A stretch of 64,000 bases of DNA from the human T2T-CHM13v2.0 reference genome, Homo sapiens, in NCBI RefSeq assembly GCF_009914755.1, contig NC_060930.1, one strand, 5' to 3'. The notes beneath the pieces were generated by a model. The model saw only the letters and a list, made by a program, of their open reading frames with translations. It was not told where the DNA came from and did no database searches. Shown in pieces: positions 36,561-50,623 of the stretch. Position numbers and translations under genes: made by a program. How positions within the stretch are numbered: position 1 is the first letter of the stretch; the number at the start of each line of letters is the position of its first letter.

Positions 36561-37429
36561 TTGCTCTGGAGGTTCTAACAAATGTAATGAAATTTGAAAA
36601 GCAAGCAAGCAAACAAACATTTTTGTCAGTCATCTATTGCTGTATATAACAAACCACCTTGAAACCTAGTGGCCTACAACATCAATTCATCCTTTCTCAC
36701 AATTGTGACAGTTGGATTGTTAGTTTTGCAGGTCTTGGGGAGAAAATGTGGTTGTGGAGAGGTGGCTCTGTATCAAAATTTATATGTCAAAAGTGAGATG
36801 TCTTAGTGCTTGTAGTATGCTTTTTTACAGGGAGGGAACATTCACTTTTCTATAACTGGGAGAAAGATGAGCTGACTGAAGCGTGAGATATTCTGTGCAG
36901 GTTTTTCTTTGAGCCTTTAGTAACATACTTTCTTTGTCCATAAACCACGATTCCAGGATGTGCCACACAAAATTCATCACTGATGCAGTCTGTGAACAAA
37001 ATTATGTTCCCAAAGAGACTGGAGATAAAAACTTTAAGAAGCAGCTGATAGTGTTTTACTTTAAAAAATGCAAACCAAGCATGATCAGAATGATCAGAGT
37101 TGACATGTTCTGACTTTCTACCAGCACAAAGGGGAAATGCTACAACTATTAGCAAGGATTCATCTCCTCTTCCCCCCAAACTTTGCAGCTATTGGTTAGC
37201 ATGTCTTGGTCAGGTCTGACAGTATAACTTCAACATTTTTTTCCCAGATGGCTTCTATAAGTTTGGGTTGAAGAAAGCTACCTCTTCAAATTCTGCTCAG
37301 CTAAAGTGAGAAAGTTAGCAAAGAAAGAAGAGGTCAATGCAACAATGAAGGATTGCCCATCCCCTCTTTTTGCTGTTCTATATCCTATGGTCCTTCAGAT
37401 TTCAACTTGATATCAGCTATCTGCCATTA

Positions 37430-38100
37430 ATTCATTATCTTACTTATTCAATATATATTTATCAGTTGTCTACTTTGTCTACAAGGAAACTGGGTTAAAT
37501 ACAGGGAATAAACAAAACAAAAGGCAAAAACAAATTTAATCCCTGGAGCTTACAGTTTAGTGGAGGATACAGAAAACTAATCACTCAAAAAAATTTTACT
37601 CAACTAAAATTATGAAGTAGAAGCCAGGAAAATCTTCTTTAAGGAAGCATCCCTTTGTTGAGTTCTGAAGGAAGCACAGAGGTTGGCTAGGCAGAGAGGG
37701 TTTCAGGCCTATGTACAAAGGGTTTGTGGGGTGAGGGATGGTGACACTAATGTAGGACCCATTCAAGACTGAAATGGAGAAATTGAAGAGGGCTGGCTGC
37801 AGTATGGAATGAAGCTGGAGAGGTAGGGATTGGGGCCTGAGTATGTGAGGTCTTATGTTAGTTTAAGCAGTGTTGTCTTTGTTTTAAAAGTAACAGAGTT
37901 ATTCTTTCTCTTAGGCAAGGCTGGATGCTTTTGACCTTGTGTTGTAATTGCCTTTTAAATTATCCTTTATCCTTTTGCTTTCTCAAGAATGTATGTTCCA
38001 TCTGGGCAGATTCTATGCCTTGTTTAATTTTGTAACTCCAGTATCTGGTACCCTGCCAGGCACAGAGTAATTGTTCAACAGTTTTGCTGAGTGAATGAAT
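37430..38100. mobile_element. L2 fragments in opposite orientations
   Basis: ggagcttacagtttagtggag (minus strand); 3' end ggcacagagtaattgttcaacagttttgctgagtgaatgaat (plus strand). Confidence 0.55.
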
Positions 38101-40100
38101 TATTATTAATAGCAAGACCTTCTTAGTGGGTGACCTGATGAGAGTTCTGCAGTCAGTGAGGATATAAAAGGCTGATGAATGTGACTCTCAAAGTAGGTCA
38201 GGCATTGTCTACCTGTCGGTGAATGAAGGGGCATGATAAGAAGGCTGGAGGTTAGCTAATGAATTAAGCAGAATATAAATATCAAAGTAAGGCTTTGGAC
38301 AGCTCTAACACTTTGGATAAATGAAAGCATTTTCCTGGGAATTTTACCCTTCATGTAGACAAGAAGGCACTCTGCCAGGTTGTCTGCAGGGGCAAGAAAT
38401 GGGATCTAAGGCTTGACAAGTCAGGTAGAGAGATCACCACTGCAGGGATGGAAAGGCAACCTTCCCCATGTTTTCCAGTATTTATGAAACGATTTGCCTT
38501 TGGTTTTGATATGATTGAGACAGACCCTCTCAACACCACTTGTGTGACTCTGCATCTTCACCTCTTATTTATCATCTGTAAAGATAAGCCTTGGCTCTTT
38601 GTATTACAGAGGTTATTATTATCAGTAGTAATAGTAGTAGCAACCATAGTAAGGTTGCAAGAAATTAAAATGTACTTACATAAACGACGGCTACATTTGA
38701 TAACAAATGGGGACATTCTAGCCGTGAGACTTCCTTGATCAACTGGAGACTGACTCTCAGCAGGCCTCTTTAGTCCAGAAATTGCAGGTGAATTTTCCAG
38801 GGTGAGGAATTTTCCACGTTGGGGTTGTCATTCTTCCAGACAGCCAGGACAGTTGTGCCCAGACAGAGAACAATGAGGCTGAGGCAGCTTATAGGACTTT
38901 GTGGATGTAGCTAAGTCTCCTGCCAGAGGTGAGAGGTGGTGAGGTGTGCAGTGGGTGATATGCCAGCTTTTTAGGATTGTGAGCGGCCTGCAGATGGGCT
39001 TTCCCGGGCCACACCCGTCCCAATGGAGTTCTTGGTGGTGGCCCACTGCGCAAGTGGAAGTTACATAAAGTCACATTTTGAGGAGAAATGTAAGAGGAAT
39101 TATATCAGATAGAATGCTCTGCCTAAAGGTAGCAGAAACCATAAGGCAAAGGAAGCTTAAACTCTCAGGAAATTGTTCATCTACATAACATGAAGTTCAG
39201 AGACAAGCCCCACATGCTGGCTGACCTGGCCTCTGGCTGTGTCTCATGGTAGTTCTTTCTGCTCTTTCTCCTCTTGTTTTGTCCTTAGAATGACTTTTCT
39301 TCAGATTGTAAGGTGCCTGTTGGTAGTAAGGCTCTCCAGTTCACATAGCAGGAAAGAGAGGAAATCATTGACCACCACTGAATAAAAATTCTTCTTGTCA
39401 GTCTAATTGGGCCAATTTAGTTTAAATGCCCACCTAAGACTACTAACAACTTCTACAACACACAATAAAGAGTGTACAACACCATATAGGGAGTTCTTTG
39501 TCCATTAGCAGTCCATGTACACTGAGATAAACAGCCCCAAAGAAGCGTTGCCACTACTCTTTCCATAATTATTTATTAGTCAAGATCTCACTCTGTAACA
39601 GGAAGAAATTTCTGAGCTCAAATTGGAGAATTCTATGGGAAGGGACTCCTAGACTAAATGAAACTTTAGGTGGTGAGGAACTTTAAGAATGTATTTGACC
39701 AAAAATAATAAAAATAGAAACAAAATTCTTAAAAATTGTCTACTATGTTGCTGATGCATTGGCTACAAGCTGAGACATTATTTATTTAGATTTGCTTGAT
39801 ATACCTAAACGTTGATTAAATTTCTAGCAAAGAGAAAAATACCCAAAAGTTATGCAAATGCTTCTTCTAAGCGTATTTGACATATTAAGCAAGGAATGAA
39901 ATTCCACATATATAAATATTGAATGAGTAATTTTAATGTTTAAGGAAATGTTAGACTTTCTAGTTTAAGATGGCAGAGTAAAACTTGACCACAAAAATCT
40001 TCCTTTCAGCAAACTCAGCCACTGAAATAATACATAAGTACATCAACCCATCAACCAAGCAAACACACAAAAATGAAACCAGAAAAATCACCCCAATAAC

Positions 40101-40234
40101 TAAGGTTTCCAGATTTAGCAAATAAAAATACAGAATGCCCAGTAAAATATGAATTTCAGACAAATGACAACTTTGGGGGTAAAATTATTTCCCAAATATT
40201 GCACGAGTGTCCTGTATTTTATCTGGCAACCTTA
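40101..40234. mobile_element. MER53-like hAT MITE
   Basis: Terminal inverted repeats taaggtttccagat ... atctggcaacctta. Confidence 0.8.
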
Positions 40235-41299
40235 CCAAATGGCAGGAAAAAGGAGGAACTGGCTGGTGGCTGTGAAAGAGTAAGATCAGAGTTTCTGAGA
40301 ATTAGCAATCTTCCATGAAGTTTCCAACTCATCTTTCTCCAAACATTATAAGGAAAAAAAATGAACAAAATTCTAGAGCCTCACTAACACCCCTAGCTTG
40401 AAAACAGGCAGAAGGGAGTGTGTAGAAGCCCTTCTTCCACAAAGGAAGCAAAACGTTCCACAAAGGCAGAATTCCTTTCAATCATTTCCATGACCCACTA
40501 GAGAGACAATAGCCACTTGAGTTCACCATATTGGAGACCATACTGGCTGGACAGGAGAAGAATGTCAGGATCATAAACAATGGATTGAAAAATGAAATGA
40601 TCTGAGGTCGAGATTAACTTTATTTCTTGGTGTGAGGGATGGGGCGGGGGTGAGGGTGGGAGTGAGTGGGTAGACGGGGACATAGATGAAGAAAGAACAG
40701 CCGTGTGTTTATTAGTAATTACTAAAGTCAGGTGATAGGTACATGGGGTTATTTATACTAGTTTCTCTATCTTTGAATGTGTTAATTTTTTATTATAAAA
40801 AATTTAAAATTTAGCCAAATAGAGACCAAATAAATATAAGTTATAACTCGGTTTCTGAGGATGTAGGAGATGGGGAAAAGACTCCCTGAGAGTCAAGTAA
40901 AATGTTTCTACCTTGGAAACACATTTCATGTTCTATATTATGCACTTTCTGCTTTGGGGAGTCACAGCAGCTCCTGGACGGGGAGAGATGAAGTGGGAAT
41001 GGCTGACTCCCTGGTTCAGGCCTCATAGTGCATTTGGGTAAACATCTGAAGTCCAAGTACATCTGAAGATACAGTAAAACAGAATGGTGGAATTGTGGAC
41101 ACAGATGTTAGGCCAGGCAACAGAGGAGAGGGTAAAGGCCAGCATGGCAATAGAGCTGCCAACAGCCGTGATTCTTTTCCCTTATCCAAGTTCTCAGCTT
41201 TAGGATCTCCAACTCTACAATAGTTACAGGACAAAACACACAGATATCAGAAAAGTGGAAAGGAATCACAAGGAATTACCTACACTAAATCCAAGCTGT

Positions 41300-42500
41300 C
41301 TTCCCTATTCAAAAGCAAGATGATAAAATATCATGCCTGGCTTCTATGCAAATATACTGCAGAACAGCCCCTTTATCCCCCTCACCAAGTAAGTATTGAA
41401 ATATCAAATGCAAAACACAGATGAAAAGTCTATCCAGAAGTGAACACTCAGGAACAAATGTTCCTAAGGATGTTTTACTCTATGGAAGAGCTTACTAAAT
41501 ACAAACATGTTATTGAACAATAATTTAAAGATGAGATACTAAAACAGCAGTTGTGAGAAAAAAAGAGATTTGCTGAGCTAAGGAAACAGATCAAGTACTA
41601 ACAATTTAATACCATTGCTGAATTAATAAATAAAATGAAGTAAAAGAGCAAGAAACTGAACAGGCATAGCTAAAAATTGGATGAATGACCCAGAAGAAAG
41701 GTTTAAGACAATTGCAGTGAATGTAGAGGGAAAAAGACAAAGAGATTAAGACACTGATTGAGAAAATAATAGATATGAGTGGTAGACAAGGCCAAACAAA
41801 CATTGAATTAAAAACCCCAACAAATCTAACAGACAGTATGTTCAAAGATGACATAGAAGATAATTTGAACAATTGAATAATTTAATCTGGAAATGCAAAC
41901 CTATGCTTGGAAAAATGGATTGAGGAAAATCAATAAGGAGACATATCCTTATTAAGGTATTGAATTTCAAGGATAAATAAAGCATTTTCAGGCATTTAGA
42001 CAAATTAAGCAACTTATGAAGGTGAAAATCAGTTGAGTTTTTCTCAAGAATAGGACACCCAATAAATGAAGAATGTTAAAAGGATTGCTCACATATGTTG
42101 AATTCATTTAAATGTAGGCTAAACAATGGTGAGAGATACAATTGCAAAAGTTAAATATTGTGAAAATTAATAAGCAAAAGTAAAAACTTTAAAAAAGACA
42201 ACATACACCCAATGAGAGGAAGATGAAAAGTGACTATGCTAATTTCTTGGTCTTAGATGAGTTCAGTAGATACTACCTACAAAAAAAAGTTTAGCATTTT
42301 ACTTAATGTCATCAAGGTATTCACTGGAAGAATGAAAATGACAATTAGCCAAAGCAGGAGATAGACATGGGAAGGAAATACCCCATTAAGAGGAATAATT
42401 TATAGTAGGGAGTCAACAGAAACTTTATAATGTTATATAATAAGAAATAGAGGTATAGGCATAAAATTGAAAATCTCCTGAAAGAGCTAAGATAGACTAT
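41300..42500 (+). mobile_element. Ancient L1 ORF1-like (HAL1/L1M) remnant
   Basis: A-rich decayed ORF1-like text (aattggatgaatgacccagaagaaagg; tattgaatttcaaggataaa); boundaries approximate. Confidence 0.5.
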
Positions 42501-43602
42501 AGCACGTAACCTCAAGACAGGAATCACACAGACAAACCTTTAGTGATGTTGGTTTTGTATCACATGTTCAAGTGGGAGCACGTGATGACAGGATGAGCCC
42601 TCTTCTGTCAAGTTCCTCATCAGCTTTTATCTAAAAGAGTTCCATTCATTGAAGATCGTCACCTTTTTGGGTTTAGTAGGAGTTGCAAAATGGAGATGTT
42701 TTAACCTTATCATTCCTTTCACTTAGGTGGAATTCTTCTGTATAAAAACAACGCCTCTCATGAAATAGGGCTATTTTTACAATGAAGTATGGTTTATTCA
42801 TCAAAGTCAGAATATATTTTTAACTGTTTTCTTTTAGTTGCCAAATTTCAGATTAAGGTGTTTGTGGGCTAGTTACTTTAATATATGGTAAAAATGTTGT
42901 TTCCTTCTTTCCCTCCCTTTATTGTTTCTGTTGGTAGGCTTTCTCTTTTTCCATTAGATGCATATGAATTCATGGATTTAAAATGGAATTAGATTTTAAA
43001 TTGAATTCATGAATTTTAAATTACATTTAATTGAATCAATTTGTTTTGATATTGATTTGAACAAATCGATGATACAAAATATTTGGAGACATCCAGGGAA
43101 ATATGATTATTGACTAGGCATTAGATAATAACACATAATTGTTATTGAATTGTTAGCTGTAATAATGATATTGTGTTTATAAAAGAAGTGTCTATTTTTA
43201 AGAGAGATTCATACTAAAGATTGAAGGCATATATGATACTTGGGATTTGTCTTAATTATTCAAGGAAGAAAAAAGAGGAGATAGAGAAGCAAATGTGACA
43301 AAATTCTGACAATTTAAAAATATGACAGAAGGCTAAGTGAGGGTTTTATTGTACCATTCTCGCTGCTTTTGTGTATACTGGGACATTTTCATAATACAAT
43401 TATTTTAGAAGCTTAGATTTAAAAAGGAATGATGAAATATATATTATTAATAAAGAAATATCATTATGCTATATTAAAAAGGAAAAAAGCAAGATAAACA
43501 ATGTAGTAAATTTGTGTGTGTGTTTGGGATATGCCCAACAAGAAATAAGCTTAAACATATCCGTCATTCTCAATTGTGGCAGGTGGCCTGAAGTCCAGAC
43601 AT

Positions 43603-43617
43603 CCAGCAGATGGCGCT
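43603..43617 (+). promoter_or_regulatory. CTCF core motif in a micro CpG cluster
   Basis: CCAGCAGATGGCGCT; upstream CTGAAGTCC resembles the CTCF upstream module; 9 CpGs in 43562-43669. Confidence 0.7.
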
Positions 43618-43959
43618 CTGTGCCCGTTTTATGTGGCGGAGAGAATCGCGCCCGTCATTCCGCTTCCCGTGTTGATGCAAATCCTGAGCATTCTACTGTG
43701 TTAAAATCAACACTTCATGTTCTCATAATTAGCATTCTGCTTTTAGAAATGACCCTACCGTCCTTTGTTTTTTCTTAACAAAGCAAAGCTGCGAAAGTTT
43801 ATTAAGCACAGTATTACACTCTTGGATGGGGAGAGCAGACAGACCTCTCTGGGAGATGAGATCAGCCCCTACTCTCCTCTTGGATTTGGATTTTGTCTTC
43901 CTTCCTGGCTCAGTTTGAGCTTGAATTCTGCAATGTGCTTCACATGACGTGGGGGATGA

Positions 43960-44125
43960 GTGATACCGTGAGAGAACACTGGGCTGGGAGCTGGTAGTTC
44001 TGTACTTGGGTGACTTTGGGCAGATGTTTGACCTCTTACAGCCTTGAATTCCTTGTTTGTAGACTAAGGTTGTGTACCAGATGATCACTAAGGTCCATTT
44101 CTTCAATCAAATTCTGTGATTCTGC
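43960..44125 (+). mobile_element. MIR-family SINE
   Basis: gggtgactttgggcagatgtttgacctct...ttccttgtttgta; ttctgtgattct 3' end. Confidence 0.6.
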
Positions 44126-44215
44126 TTCCAGTTTTCAGCCTACAGTTCTCTGGGGAGGGGACATAAAGGCACCACAGTAGTGTCTTCAATAAAGTCAAGT
44201 TGGAGAGAGGATAGT

Positions 44216-44621
44216 TGTCTCAGTCTGTTTTCTGTTGCTTATGACAGAATACCTGAAACTGTGTAATTTATAAAGAAAAGGAATTTATTTCTTGCAGATA
44301 AAGAGGCTGGGAAGTCCAAGGTTGAGGAGGCACATCTGGTGAGAACCTTCCAGCTGGTGGGAAGTTGCGGTGTCCTGAGGTGGCACAGGGTATCACATGG
44401 TGAGAGGGCTGAGCATGCTAACATGCTAGCTCACATCTGTCTTCTTCATCTTATAAAACCACCAGTTCCACTCCCATGATAACCCATTAATCCACCAACC
44501 CGTTAATAAGGGTAGAAGAGTCATGATCCAATCACCACTTAAAGGTCCCTACCTCTCAGTACTGCCACATTGGGGCTTAAGTTTCAACATGCATTTTGGA
44601 GGGGATATTCCAGCTGTTGCA
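44216..44621 (-). mobile_element. MaLR solo LTR, MSTC/D-like
   Basis: tgtctcagtctgttttctgttgct...aatttataaagaaaagg...aagtttcaacatgcattttggagggg. Confidence 0.82.
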
Positions 44622-44763
44622 CTATTGGACCAAATGACTGGATAACAGAGGAAGGGAACAATTAAGAGACAGGAAGGGGAAGCAACAATGAGAAGGAGAA
44701 GGTCAGCAAGCCTTGGAGATTAGACTCTGAATCTGAAGCAAATGCAGAGCTAGCTATGGCTTT

Positions 44764-45179
44764 TGACATGGTTTTGAATTCATTTCTTCCAAATCTCATG
44801 ATGAAATGTGATTACCACTGTTGGAGGCAGGGCCTGGTGGGAGGTGATTGGATCATGGGGTGGATCCCTCAGGAATGGTTTAGCACCATCCCCTTGGTGA
44901 TAAGTGAGCTCTTGCTCTGAGTTCACGCAGGATCTGGTTGTTTAAAAGTGTGTGGCACCTGCCCCCTTGCTCTCATGCTCCTGCTCTTGCCACGTGATGC
45001 ACTGGCTCCCTTTGCCTTCCACCACGATTGTAAGTTCCCTTAGGCCCTCACTAGAAGCAGATGCTGGCACCATGCTTCCTGTACAGCCCACAGAACCATG
45101 AGCCAATTAAACCTTGTTTCTTTATAAATTACCCAGTTTTAGGTGTTTCTTTGTAGCAACACAAGAATGGCCTAATACA
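44764..45179 (+). mobile_element. MaLR solo LTR, MSTA-like
   Basis: tgacatggttt...ctttataaattacccag...cctaataca; TSD gcttt / gcttc. Confidence 0.88.
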
Positions 45180-47866
45180 GCTTCATTTAGCAAATGGCAG
45201 AGGAGGGATTCAGGACCACTTTTGTCTCTAGGACCCCTGACCTTAGCTTCAGGCACAAAGTCCTTCACCTCCATGGAAGGTGGATTGTAAAGTAACCTAA
45301 TGCAGTGCAGGCAGCAGTGTGACACTGCTCTTGCTTCTAGCTGCCAACAGCTCTGTGTTCATCAGCAGCCCCAGCAGCCGAGAGTCACTTTCTCCTCTGG
45401 TTCTGTCTTCTATCAGACCCTCATCCAACATCTATGTCCCTCTCATTTACCTCTCGTTTACAGACTAGCTCATGTTTAACTCTCCACTACTGTTGAATTT
45501 TGCTCCTGTCTTTCATCTTCTCTCATTTGTACAATGGTTGGAAAGGAATACCGTAACAGATCAAACTGATATTCACCAGTTAAGGGATGGGATGGGAGGT
45601 TTAGAGCAAAGTGAAAGGATCATGTGGGATGTCAGTACAGTGTCATGAGAGCCGCGTGACCATATATGTATCAGGCATCCAGCAGAAATTTAGGTGGCAT
45701 CTCAAAAGATTTGAAAACTTGTCTATTCATGTTTCACTTACCAGATCAGATTCTATTTTCTCTGTAAAGCCTCCTACTCCCTCTGAAGTTTAAAAATGCT
45801 TATCTGAAAAATATCCTTGATAACTGTTTTTTTTAGCATTGTTTATTATATTTTCATGTTCATGTCTCATGCCATCATGTGCTCTAGTACTCCTTGGGGA
45901 TGGGAACTGCCTTGTTTATATCTACTGCATCATTTAGCAGTCTTTGAACACAATAGTGCACTTCACTTTCAAGCATAAAAACCAACTTAACTTGGATTTA
46001 CTTGCCCCTACATTTATTTTAGCTTGCTTTCCAGACTGTGAAAGTCACATTAAATTCCTGATTACTCTAGGATTGATCTTGCAGTTTGAATATTTAAGTC
46101 CTCGGCACTTTTCTCTCTAATTTTTATTCTTTTGCCTTCCGACTATTTTGCATCTTTCCCTCATTTTCTTCACATGATGGAACTGGAAGTAAAAGGAGAT
46201 GAAACCAATTTATTTTTATGTTGCTACTTGTAACTGGTAGAGTTTGTAGGGTTGAAGTCGAGGGGAAGGTTGGAGAAAGAGTGGCAGCTGCTGAAAATGA
46301 AGTTTCCAAATAATGGAAAGTTTGCTATTCATGTTCTTTTATGTGCTGGTTGAATAAGTTAGGATTTTAAAAATAGAGTTGGCATTTATGATTCGATTAT
46401 TTCTCATTATACATCAGGTTGTATCTGTGTGTAAATGCAAAAGGTGTTGTGCTTTCACTGCCGTTCTTCACTGAAAGAAGGGGCCAACCCGAGCCATATC
46501 TCAGAATGAGAATTAGCCTTATGGAGCACCTAGCATCTCATGGGGTGTACAGAGGGCTCTGCACTCTTCAGAATGGGTCAGGAGGCTGGATGGAAAAGGA
46601 GGCAGTTGGCTAGAAGTAATTCGTGTGTTATTAGATTATGGCTTTTGTGTTTTGAATCTGTGCTGCAAGTTATCTTGAAAAGGTTTCCCCCAAGTAGCAG
46701 TCAGAGGCCAGGAAAGATACCTCTGGATTTCACTACTGGTGGAGTCATAGACACTGGCCACTCCAGCTGGGGTGCCAGATCACAGAATGCTGGAACAATT
46801 ACTTTCTTTCTTATTTTCTTTTCCACTCAACAAATAATTTGCATGACTATGAAACCCAAGAATCAGGCCCTCTAGATATTGGGAAAAGGATGCCTCATGC
46901 CTATTCCTAAGTTAGTTCTTTAAACTTGAAAATACTGTCTACTCAAGGCCGTGTCCGGAGCTGACTTTACTGATGGTTTTGGAGTCACAGAGGCAGTTAC
47001 ACCAATGAAAAACATGTCAGAGCATATGACCATAGAGAAGTTAATTTTGAATGTGAGCATGAAATACACCGTCCTTTGCTTACTCATTTTCTGTTATTAG
47101 TAGCCTTTCTCTGTAGATTCCTCCTTGCTACCACGTTACTCTTCCCCCATCTCCCTCCCCCTTTCTTTGAAATCCCTCCTTCCAGTTTAGTGTTGGGACC
47201 TGGGAATTCCAAACGTCTTCTTCATTATGCAGAGGAATTTCATTCTTGTTTCCAACTTTTCAGAAGCTCATATTTCTCTAAGCAAATGGTGTGATGAAGT
47301 GCTTTGTTAACTAAAATGCCATCTTCTCCAGAGAAAAATCTAAGGAGGTAGACAGTTTTACTTAGTTGCAGGCATGTGCATGTATGTGTCTGCTGTATTT
47401 GCTATAGATAAAGTCTTATGACAGATATTTTAGGATAACATTTTCCAAATTTTTTTGAAAGACATATGAAAACCAGAGTAAGAAATATATTTGACTTCTC
47501 AACCCGTGAAATATATAAATGAATATTCATGTACATTTACATTCACATATATGCATACACACATATTTTATACAAAATGATACCTTTATTAAAAGGACTA
47601 TGTTTGATATTCTATTTCATTTATTTAAAAAATACTAGTCCTGACACTTTAACTTGATTTCATGACTCCTCATGAGCTTCAAACCTGAAGTTTATTATTT
47701 GATGTGAGTAAAATTCCATATCTTGCTTTTAGAAACTAATCCTAAAAAGCTAATACAGCCTTAACCTTACTGGCTCTACCCATACTGGCTTGATAAAAAA
47801 ACTAAATCAGTATTTGAAAACTTCAGTGGGAACTTTCATTCTGAAACTTCTCCAAGAGGTTTTTAA

Positions 47867-48283
<417 letters not shown>

Positions 48284-48487
48284 TAACATATCATGATATT
48301 TCACTGCAGCATATTTGCTATGCATCCAGACTAACTTCTTATTGCAAACCCTCTTCTTCTTCTTTTTTTTAAAATTGAAAACCCCTATTGTTTTTCCTCA
48401 CATGTCAAGGAAGACTGAGAACCTACATATAGGGTTCTAGCCTATATGTAGCCTCCCATGTATGCAGGGGGCACACTTGCACACGTA

Positions 48488-48530
48488 TACACACACACAC
48501 ACACACACACACTCTCTCTCTCTCTCTCTC
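48488..48530. repeat. Compound (AC)n(TC)n microsatellite
   Basis: acacacacacacacacacacacactctctctctctctctctc. Confidence 0.95.
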
Positions 48531-50010
48531 CCCCTGTCTCACAGAACGGAGGAAAAACTTCACTGCCTGACTTTAATATTAAATCTCACTTTTCTCACAT
48601 TTTCTATGTTTTCACACCTACAGTCTGGCTAATCTATTTTCTAGGCAATTCTTAGCAGAAAAAAATGTGAAAGTGATAACTAGATTGTAATGTGTGAAAA
48701 AGCTCTCAGTACAGATCTGAATATATTTGGGAGGAATAAGAATATCCTAGATTTTCAGAAAATTAAAGATGCCATTTAAATAATAACTTTCCCATACTGG
48801 CCTTTGAGACTATCTTCCCTGACTGTTACAGTGGCTCAACCATAAAGTGGGAGAAAATACTAATGTTATTTTTGAGGATTGCATAAGTTAGAATTAGTGG
48901 AGTTTTCCTGGGCTCCTCCTGTAACTTGGGAACTAAATTGGAGTTGCTCTAGGATCATGTAATGCTAGTAATGTGTCTGGCTTTTCTTTATAATCAACAG
49001 AACCACCCACTAATGACCTATGCTCCCTTTTTACAGAATATTTTCCACTCTTCATTTAGCTGATATAAGTTCTTCATAACTTGGGGCATTTATTTGTTAG
49101 CTTTTTATACTTAACAGGGGACTGGAATTTCATTTCTGAAGAGTAATATTTGCTGCTTTGAGCTCTTGAGGAAAAAATAAAAGGGGTTAATGATTTCAGG
49201 ACATATATGTTTGAGTTAAGATAGAAAGTTGTAATCACAAGCTGATATAAAAGGGATAATTTTGCAAATATTAAAATCATTAATATAAATCTCCTACATA
49301 AAGTATCTTTTTCTTACTCCTTTCCATTTTTAGGCTAAGCCACTAAGCTAATGCTGCCTTGGCAAGAGAGAATAGTACAATACATGAGAAAGCTAGATGT
49401 AGAGAGAGGGGTAGAGAGAGAGAGAGAGAGAAAGAAAGAGAGAGAGGAAAAATAAAATATATTTAAGTTTCTATCTCCCTCTTTAAGATATCCAGAGCCA
49501 GGCTTGGTGAACTTGAACATAGAGTTATTTAGGACAGTAGTGGAAGAGAAAGTAGGAAGAGAAGGGCTTCCCCTCCTGGCCCTCAGGGATGGTGAGAAGG
49601 AGACATAGAAAGAAGATAAAACAATGAAGACAGCTCCTTGCTCCAGGCTTTGACCCAAAGCACAAATGATGTTTTTAAAAAACTGAGGAGTACTGAAGTT
49701 AGAGGGGATATACTCACCTTGTTTGGATCTCATGAAGGGTGCCTGGCAAGAACTACTGGCAGCTTCACAGAGTGGTGGGGTCAGAGTATCTGAGTCTGGC
49801 TCCTGAGCCTCTCTAGATTCTGGTATGGCATAGAGATTGATTGAGAGTCAGAAAGCCTGCCTTGGGCAACTCCACAGACTTGTAGGGTCAAGGTGATCCC
49901 ATGACAGAAGCTGAGGGTAGAGCACCCAAACCTAGGGGACAACATGAAGGATGCATGAGAGATTTAGAATGGGGTTGTAGCCACTGAAAGCTGAGAGGAA
50001 GGAAGCTGAG

Positions 50011-50623
50011 TGTTTTAAAATGCAGTGTGCTAATAGAACATTTAAGGTATAGTAAGGCCAACAGATCAGGAGACAGTTGTCATTGAAAAGACAGTTTATG
50101 AAGTTCCCAAGAGAAGTGTGCATGCTGTACTTCTAGTAGGGGCACATTGGTGAGCAACGGGCTTGGTCAGGAGGGAAGGGAGAGAGGAACTGGGGGAATT
50201 GTGGTTTCTGGGAAGGAACAAGCAAGGCAGGGTAAGCAGGCTTAGGACTGGCTGGTTTGAATAATTTAGTCAGGCTCTGGAGCATAGAAGCTGTCCCTAG
50301 TTGTCTGGTATCTGGCCCTGGGATGATTAGGTAAGTTTTGTGGTGTCTCAGAGTACAAGAACCTGATAAAGGAGGTGGTTGCTGGTGTGGACTCTGGCTT
50401 GATCATTTTTTATTTGAATTCTCACCTCCCTCCCACTCTGCCCACCGTGGGAGGAAGATTCCTTCTCCCTAGGTGGGGAGGCTGCAATGAGGGAAGTGGG
50501 AGGCCAAGGCGGGGAGATTCAGTCATATTATCAGGGTGTCCAGAACAAGGTGTGTCTGCAATATGCATACAGGACAGATGTCAATACATCAAGTTTACAG
50601 AAGCTAGAGAGGTGCTTAATACA
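50011..50623 (-). mobile_element. ERVL solo LTR, MER54/MER74-group
   Basis: TG...CA termini with a perfect 5-bp TSD CTGAG (50006-50010, 50624-50628); ggcagggtaagcaggcttaggactggctggtttgaataattt. Confidence 0.75.
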
